Assembly (NCBI GenBank): GCA_964483105.1
Contig: CAYZZU010000006.1
Location: forward strand, 16,589-80,588
Source of the DNA: an uncultured Nitrospirota bacterium
GTDB taxonomy: Bacteria; CG2-30-53-67
DNA: 64,000 nucleotides
Reading direction: 5' to 3'
Shown here: piece after piece, positions 58,332 through 64,000 of the stretch
How positions within the stretch are numbered: position 1 is the stretch's first letter
How the letters are laid out: every line of letters starts with the position of its first letter
The notes under the pieces: model-generated
Databases searched by the model: none
Told to the model about the DNA's origin: nothing
The model's input: the letters and a program-made list of their open reading frames with translations, nothing else
Translations under genes and position numbers: made by a program

Positions 58332-61031
58332 TCAATGTCGTTGCTCCAAGACCCTGCCTGATGTCAAGCCTTCAATCCTTACGGCGGTAAACTTGTAGCT
58401 GTATGTATCTGTGTACGTGTCTCGTGCGCCGCCGGTGAGGATGTTGATCGGGATTTCCGAATAGTGAAAGGAGGTGAATGCCGTTCCTTCGAGGATTGCA
58501 GGCTTCGCCCTCACGGTCATCATCACCGCCCCCCTTCGCGAGATGATTCTCACTTGCTGGCCGTTCTCCAGGTTTGATCTTTTCATGTCATAGGGGTTCA
58601 TGTCGAGATATTCATCCATGCCCGTCGCGGTTCCTGACCGATCCGTCTGCGCGGCGTTGTTGAAATGGTAGAGTCGTCTGCCGGTCATCAGGATGATTGG
58701 ATATTCTTCTGTCACTTTTTCCGAGGGTTCGTGGTAGGGAATAGCGGAGAACGAAGCCCGGCCCGCGGGAAACCCGTTGATATATAATCTCTCCGTGCCC
58801 GGATGGGACGCATGGGTACAGGGCCACTGCAATCCCCTGGATCCGAGTCTCTGATGGGAGATCCCTCTGAAATAATAGGATAGGGACGCCAATTCATCGT
58901 ATATTCCGGCGGGTGATTGAAAGTTGGACCGCAGTCCCATCCTGTTGGAGAGCTCCTGGAAGATCTCCCAGTCCGCTTTGGCCGCGCCTGCAGGTGGAAC
59001 CGCCTTACGCAGGAGCTTGACGCGTCTTTCCGTGTTTGTGAATGTGCCGCTCTTTTCGGCAAAGGATGCGGCCGGCAGGATGACATCCGCGTATTCTGCT
59101 GTTTTTGTATAAAAGAGGTCCTGGTAAACCATGAAGTCGAGTGATTGAAGCGCCTTGTGGATATTCAGGGAATCTCCATGCGTCTTGGCCGGGTCTTCGC
59201 CCCAGATATACAGTGCCTTGATTCTTCCCTTTCTCGCGGCGTCCATCATGTGGGTTGAATTTTCCCCGACCCATGCCGGAATCGGCTTCCCCCAGCGTGC
59301 TGAAAACCTCCTGCGGATCTCATCGTCCGTGACAGGCTGGTAGCCGGGAAGGAGACCGGGAAGACATCCCATGTCACACGCACCCTGAACGTTGTTCTGC
59401 CCCCTGATGCAGAACACCCCGGTTCCGGGCAGCCCCACGTTTCCCGTAGCCAGCGCCAGGTTGATCAGCGCCAGCATACCTGCCGTACCGTATTCATGTT
59501 CATCCACTCCCAGTCCGCTGATGATCATAGCGCGCCTGCTGCTGCCGAAAATCTTAGCCGCTTTCCGGATCCTCCGTTCAGGCACACCCGTAATGGCTTC
59601 GACCTCCGGGAGAGAGAGGGAGAATGCCTCTGCCGCCGTTTTCTCCCATCCGGTTGTATGTTTTTCAATAAATTCCCTGTAGAGGAGATTCTCCTCAATC
59701 ATGACTCTCAACATACCATTGAAAAGGGCTATGTTGGTCCCGGGCCTAAGCTGGAGATGGAGTTCGGCCTCGTTCACCAGTGGAATCCTCCTCGGGTCGA
59801 TCACGATCAGCCTGGCCCCCCTCGTGCGAGCCCACTTGATGTGAAGAGCGCTCACGGGATGAGCCTCCGTGGTGTTGGAACCGACTACCAGGATGACTTC
59901 GCTGTATTCGAGATCCTTCAGGGAGCAGGTGGATGCGCTCATCCCGAGGGCTCTCTTGAGGGCCATGGCGGCCGGTATATGGCAGAGCCGTGCACAGTTG
60001 TCGATGTGGTTTGTCCCAAGGGCCGCCCGCATCATCCTCTGAAACATGTAATTGTCCTCGTTCGTGGCCCTTGCGGAGCCGATTCCACCGATGGCGGCGG
60101 GACCGTATTTATGCTTGATCTCAAGCAGCCTGGCTGTGATGAGTGAGAGCGCTTTCTCCCATGACGCCTTTTGAAACCCGCCGCCGGATTTGATCAGAGG
60201 TGTTTGAAGCCTGTCGGGGTGGTGGATGAAACTGAAACCAAACCTGCCTTTTACACACAGGTTTCCCCTCCCCACCGGATCGAGATCATCCGATGTGACG
60301 CCGATTACCTTGTCGTCCTTGACGTCCAGATAGATACTGCACCCCGTTGCACAGTAGGTACATACGCTCTTGACTCTCCTTTCGGCCCGGGTTCGGTATA
60401 TCTCGACGATGGCGCCTGTGGGACAGATGACAGCGCACTGTCCGCACCGCTCGCATTCCTTGCTGAAGGTGATCTGATCCACATCCGGTGACAGGGCCGG
60501 GTGGCGCAGTGCGCCGACCCTGCGTATTTCTCTGCATACTCTTACGCATTTGCCGCAGCCAATGCATTGATCCAAATTGACTTTGATCTTATTTTGTATG
60601 ATCTCTTTGTGTGATTCGTCGGCCGAGGTAAAAACCGGTCTTTCCAGCCCTACGGCGTCCGCCAGTTCCAGAAGACCGCAGAACTCATATTGCGGGCAGG
60701 TTGCACAATTGCCCTTGTGTTGCCTGATAATCGCTGTTACACGTTTCCTGCGCGCCTTCTCGGCCTTCCTGGAGTGGGTGGTCACGACCATCCCGTCTTC
60801 GGCTTTTGTCTTGCACGCCGCCCTGAGTTTCCCATTGATTTCGACAAGGCAGACCATGCAGCGGCCTGAAACGCTGAGTCTGGGATCATGGCACAAGGTG
60901 GGAATAAAAATCCGGTTTCTGTTTGCTGACTGAAGGACGGTCTCTCCGGGAAGGATCTCTGTTCTATGACCGTTGATGACCAGGGTTTTTCTTCTGTGAC
61001 GGGACAGTTCCATACTGGGCCTCCATGCCAT
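58332..61031 (-). CDS. fdhA: Formate dehydrogenase alpha subunit, NAD-linked/FdhF-like. N-terminal 2Fe-2S ferredoxin and 4Fe-4S domains plus molybdopterin oxidoreductase; Cys (not Sec) at the active-site position
   Basis: 2Fe-2S fold (CHDPRLSVSGRCMVCLVEI), 4Fe-4S motifs (CIGCGKCVRVC; CERCGQCAVICP), MopB block VKSVCTYCATGCS, CARLCH, and C-terminal molybdopterin dinucleotide-binding domain. No in-frame TGA. The likely start is the internal ATG at 61013 (MELSRH...), 18 nt inside the ORF. Confidence 0.85.
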   Translation of the reverse strand: MAWRPSMELSRHRRKTLVINGHRTEILPGETVLQSANRNRIFIPTLCHDPRLSVSGRCMVCLVEINGKLRAACKTKAEDGMVVTTHSRKAEKARRKRVTAIIRQHKGNCATCPQYEFCGLLELADAVGLERPVFTSADESHKEIIQNKIKVNLDQCIGCGKCVRVCREIRRVGALRHPALSPDVDQITFSKECERCGQCAVICPTGAIVEIYRTRAERRVKSVCTYCATGCSIYLDVKDDKVIGVTSDDLDPVGRGNLCVKGRFGFSFIHHPDRLQTPLIKSGGGFQKASWEKALSLITARLLEIKHKYGPAAIGGIGSARATNEDNYMFQRMMRAALGTNHIDNCARLCHIPAAMALKRALGMSASTCSLKDLEYSEVILVVGSNTTEAHPVSALHIKWARTRGARLIVIDPRRIPLVNEAELHLQLRPGTNIALFNGMLRVMIEENLLYREFIEKHTTGWEKTAAEAFSLSLPEVEAITGVPERRIRKAAKIFGSSRRAMIISGLGVDEHEYGTAGMLALINLALATGNVGLPGTGVFCIRGQNNVQGACDMGCLPGLLPGYQPVTDDEIRRRFSARWGKPIPAWVGENSTHMMDAARKGRIKALYIWGEDPAKTHGDSLNIHKALQSLDFMVYQDLFYTKTAEYADVILPAASFAEKSGTFTNTERRVKLLRKAVPPAGAAKADWEIFQELSNRMGLRSNFQSPAGIYDELASLSYYFRGISHQRLGSRGLQWPCTHASHPGTERLYINGFPAGRASFSAIPYHEPSEKVTEEYPIILMTGRRLYHFNNAAQTDRSGTATGMDEYLDMNPYDMKRSNLENGQQVRIISRRGAVMMTVRAKPAILEGTAFTSFHYSEIPINILTGGARDTYTDTYSYKFTAVRIEGLTSGRVLEQRH

Positions 61032-61394
61032 TTAAAGCCCAGACGGACGGCTTCGTGGTGATTGTGGCTTCCCGATGGTAACCCATCTTGATCCCGTCAG
61101 TTGCCTTCTTACTCATTAACAGGAAATCTTGGGTGATGTCTAATTTAAAGAATTTATACCGGTATGAGTTTTGTTTATTTCTTGATCATGCAGGGTTGCC
61201 GAATACGTGAGTCCGTGTCATGCAGCGGCCATGTGAAAGAGCAGGCTGAAGGACCCCCCGCATTGCGTATTTCATCAAATCCTAACCTGTTCCTCATTTT
61301 ATCCTAAGATTCCTCTTTTATTGTATCCGCCTGTATGCCGCCGGAAAATTTTGAGGCGGCTTCCCACTTCATCTTACTTAGGGAGGAAAAGGCT

Positions 61395-62726
61395 ATGAGT
61401 ATGAAACCGGGATGGTGGAACGGTAAGTACGGCAGTCTGTTGATTCACGGTATGGTCTGGACTCTGATGATGGTAACGGCTATTCCGGGGGCCTGGGGTG
61501 AGACAGCCGGCGCCAGGTCGGAAGATCCTTTAATCCGGCTTCTGATTCAGAAGGGGATTCTGACGGAACCGGAGGCGGCCGGGATTACGAAGGAAATGGC
61601 CCGAATGGATGGAAAAGACCGGGAGGGCAGTGGACCGGTCTTGCCGGACAGACTTTCCGGATTGAAGATCGGGATGTTAGGGTATATCGATTATTCCTCC
61701 GGGGAGGAAGCCCTGACGGATGGCCGTTCGGAAGGCTTCAACCGCTTTACGCTCACGCGGGGATATTTCACGGTGAAAAAAAAGATCCGTCCCTGGATGG
61801 GGGTCCGGATGACCACGGATATTCACCAGGATGCGACGGAAGACTGGAAGATCCGGTTGAAGTATCTCTACGTGGAGTTGAAGCCGCTCGATTTCGGTTT
61901 TTTGACGAATATGAAGTTGGAAGCCGGTCAGGGCCATATCCCCTGGCTCGATTTTGAGGAGCATATCAATCCATACCGTGCTCAGGGGCCCATGGCCATT
62001 GAACGGTCGGGGATATTCAACTCGGCGGATGTCGGTGTGAGCCTGCGCGGTAACTTCGGGGGGAGGATCCGTAATGCCGCAGCACTGACCGGGAACCGGC
62101 ATTATGACGGACGGTACGGTAGTTGGCACGTGGGTGTCTATAACGGGGGCGGATACCATGCCACGGAAAGGAACAACAACAAGGTGCTGGAAGGGCGTTT
62201 TACCCTGCGGCCCCTGCCCGCTATGCTGCCCGGCCTGCAGGTGAGTTATTTCGGAATCTACGGTAACGGGAACCGTGCACCGTCAGCGGGCAGCGTTCCT
62301 CGCTACCGTGTCAACCTCGGCATGCTGAGCTGGGAGCATCCGTTGGGAATCGTGACCGCCCAATACTTCCGGACCAGGGGCAATGCCGCGGGGACCCTCG
62401 TGGATGCTGCGAACCGGAGTCTTGATACGTCCGGTTACTCTTTTTTCGGACGTGCCAAGCTGCCGATATGGAGGGATCGCCTTGCCCTCTTCGGACGGTA
62501 TGACCATTTCAACCCGGACAGGAACGGGTTGATCTCCCGGCGTGCATCCTATAACCTGTCAGACGCGGGGCTTTCTCTGAATCTTGATAAGGGAAACATG
62601 ATCCTGGTGACCTATGAGTCCACGGACTATGAACCAGACAGCAACGGCCGGGGAAAGGTCCCGGTTCCGGACATCCGTTTGGGAGATGAGCATCGTATTC
62701 AGATGGTCTACCAATTGGCATTCTGA
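61395..62726 (+). CDS. Putative outer-membrane beta-barrel porin (possibly phosphate-selective porin O/P-like)
   Basis: Signal peptide (…VWTLMMVTAIPGAWG), alternating amphipathic beta-strand pattern, many aromatic girdle residues, C-terminal ...VYQLAF ending in Phe. Confidence 0.5.
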   Translation: MSMKPGWWNGKYGSLLIHGMVWTLMMVTAIPGAWGETAGARSEDPLIRLLIQKGILTEPEAAGITKEMARMDGKDREGSGPVLPDRLSGLKIGMLGYIDYSSGEEALTDGRSEGFNRFTLTRGYFTVKKKIRPWMGVRMTTDIHQDATEDWKIRLKYLYVELKPLDFGFLTNMKLEAGQGHIPWLDFEEHINPYRAQGPMAIERSGIFNSADVGVSLRGNFGGRIRNAAALTGNRHYDGRYGSWHVGVYNGGGYHATERNNNKVLEGRFTLRPLPAMLPGLQVSYFGIYGNGNRAPSAGSVPRYRVNLGMLSWEHPLGIVTAQYFRTRGNAAGTLVDAANRSLDTSGYSFFGRAKLPIWRDRLALFGRYDHFNPDRNGLISRRASYNLSDAGLSLNLDKGNMILVTYESTDYEPDSNGRGKVPVPDIRLGDEHRIQMVYQLAF

Positions 62727-62855
62727 ACATTGGGGGGTCTCTTCAAAATCCTGCCGTTTCCCGGACCGGGATGGACCCTGTGTAGACGGGTCGGTGATTT
62801 TCCTTTATAATGGCTGTGTTTTATTCTTTGACGGAAGAGAAAAAGGTAGGGTTCC

Positions 62856-63695
62856 ATGTCCCGGAGAAATCTGAAGCTAACCATCGAATATGAAGGAACG
62901 GCATATCACGGCTGGCAGGTCCAGCCGAACGGAGTGACGATCCAGGAAGTGATCGAAAGAGTCTTGCTGCGGCTGACCGGCCGGAGGCCGAAGGTCGTTG
63001 CTTCCGGCAGGACCGACGCCGGTGTCCACGCGGAGGCCCAGATCGCCCATTTCCATACGGAATCGGCCATGGAATGCTGGAAACTCCGCAGGGGCTTGAA
63101 CGCCCTTCTCCCGGATGATATAGTGATCCGCAGGGTGGAAGTGGTATCAGATGACTTTCACGCAAGATTCAGTGCACGCGGCAAGACGTACCGGTACGTC
63201 ATCCTGAACCGTTCCGCTCCGTCCGTCTTTGAAAGGAACCGCTGCTGGCATGTCTGTTTCCGACTTGATCTGTCGGCCATGCGGGAGGCTGCGGCCTGTC
63301 TTCAAGGGTGTCACGATTTTTCGGCTTTTCGGGCCGCGGATTGTTGTGCGAAACACCCGAATCGCGAGATCCACTTCATTGAAATCGATCAACAAGAGGA
63401 GTGGATCCGGATCATGATCTCCGCGAACGCCTTTTTGAAGCATATGGTCAGAAATATCGTGGGGACCCTGGTGGAGATCGGGCGGGGAAGGCTGCCGCCA
63501 TCGGAGATGAAACGGATTCTGGAAAGCCGTGACCGCCGCAGGGCCGGGCCTACGGCTCCGGCTTGCGGGCTCTTCCTGGTTTCCGTGGATTACGGCGGAC
63601 GGTTTTGCAGAAACCCCTCTATTCCGGCAGGTTCTTGCGGATCCCTAAGAAAGGAAAACGATGAGCCGGGCAGAGATCCTGATTGTGGAAGATGA
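62856..63695 (+). CDS. truA: tRNA pseudouridine(38-40) synthase TruA
   Basis: LKLTIEYEGTAYHGWQVQPNG...VASGRTDAGVHAEAQIAHF...RYVI. The 3' end overlaps the next gene start. Confidence 0.9.
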   Translation: MSRRNLKLTIEYEGTAYHGWQVQPNGVTIQEVIERVLLRLTGRRPKVVASGRTDAGVHAEAQIAHFHTESAMECWKLRRGLNALLPDDIVIRRVEVVSDDFHARFSARGKTYRYVILNRSAPSVFERNRCWHVCFRLDLSAMREAAACLQGCHDFSAFRAADCCAKHPNREIHFIEIDQQEEWIRIMISANAFLKHMVRNIVGTLVEIGRGRLPPSEMKRILESRDRRRAGPTAPACGLFLVSVDYGGRFCRNPSIPAGSCGSLRKENDEPGRDPDCGR

Positions 63696-64000
63696 AGAGG
63701 AAATTCGCGAGTTGGTTCGCTATAACCTGGAACGGGGAGGGTATCAGGTGGCCGGCACGGATTCGGGAGATGATGCCCTGACCCGGGTTCGGTCCCTGAA
63801 GCCCGATCTGATCGTGCTGGATCTCATGCTGCCCGGTCTGGATGGACTTTCGGTCTGCCGGATCCTGAAAGAGGACCCGGAGACCCGTTCCGTCCCGATC
63901 ATTATGTTGACCGCCAGAGGAGAAGAGAAGGACATTGTCGCCGGTCTGGAACTCGGGGCGGACGATTATGTGACCAAGCCGTTCAGCCCTCGGATCCTTC
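63661..64000 (+). CDS. OmpR/PhoB-family response regulator (receiver domain; 3'-truncated by window edge)
   Basis: MSRAEILIVEDEEEIRELVRYNLERGGYQV...DLIVLDLMLPGLDGLSVCRIL...IIMLTARGEEKDIVAGLELGADDYVTKPFSPR. Confidence 0.8.
   Translation, partial: MSRAEILIVEDEEEIRELVRYNLERGGYQVAGTDSGDDALTRVRSLKPDLIVLDLMLPGLDGLSVCRILKEDPETRSVPIIMLTARGEEKDIVAGLELGADDYVTKPFSPRIL

Noticed and set aside
58332-61031. Selenocysteine (in-frame TGA plus SECIS) in the formate dehydrogenase gene
   Set aside because: The ORF is continuous with Cys at the expected active-site region (CARLCH) and no internal TGA. It is treated as the Cys-type enzyme

Overview
The window is a 64 kb chromosomal segment at about 58-60% GC. 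It has compact, mostly plus-strand operons of housekeeping genes and looks Deltaproteobacteria-like (inference from gene content; no taxon can be proven from sequence alone).

Content from 5' to 3':
- The 3' end of a large surface protein with cadherin-like repeats, followed by a type IV pilus minor-pilin cluster: a GspH/FimT-like pseudopilin, a second pseudopilin, then PilV-, PilW- and a large PilX-like protein. The cluster is split by a terminator and an internal promoter.
- phoH, a 7TM-HDIG hydrolase gene, ybeY and ftsY.
- A GlcD-like FAD oxidase gene and smc on the minus strand.
- A very AT-rich divergent region ending in a perfect tandem 9-bp repeat (GAGGAGGCT x 7-8). This sits just upstream of a small ORF whose C-terminal half carries a duplicated MshEN-type (c-di-GMP-binding) motif.
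- degP, a NUDIX hydrolase gene, a PEBP-family gene, a TlpA-like gene, an ihf gene, trxA, an arsR-family gene, murJ, a yibQ-like gene, tsaD, dusB, an NtrB/NtrC-like pair and hup.
- tRNA-Val(GAC) with its own promoter and terminator, then the classic thrS-infC-rpmI-rplT-pheS-pheT cluster and mtnA.
- A minus-strand, translationally coupled histidine kinase / REC-LuxR pair.
- A Bfr-like ferritin gene, an Slp-like lipoprotein gene with a Tyr/Pro/Gly-rich tail, and a small basic ORF.
- rpe, then the ffh-rpsP-KH-rimM-trmD-rplS-rnhB-yraN cluster.
- REC-HD-GYP and MFS genes on the minus strand.
- valS, nadC, birA, coaX, a DsrE-like ORF, a single-domain REC gene, an AmiC-like amidase gene and a cNMP-binding gene.
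- A lone Cys-type formate dehydrogenase alpha gene (minus strand), a putative porin gene, truA, and the start of a PhoB-like regulator gene.

No CRISPR array, transposase, integrase or rRNA was seen. The most unusual things I can support are the SD-like tandem repeat with the MshEN-motif ORF, the split minor-pilin locus next to a cadherin-repeat protein, and the tRNA-Val/terminator/thrS junction.
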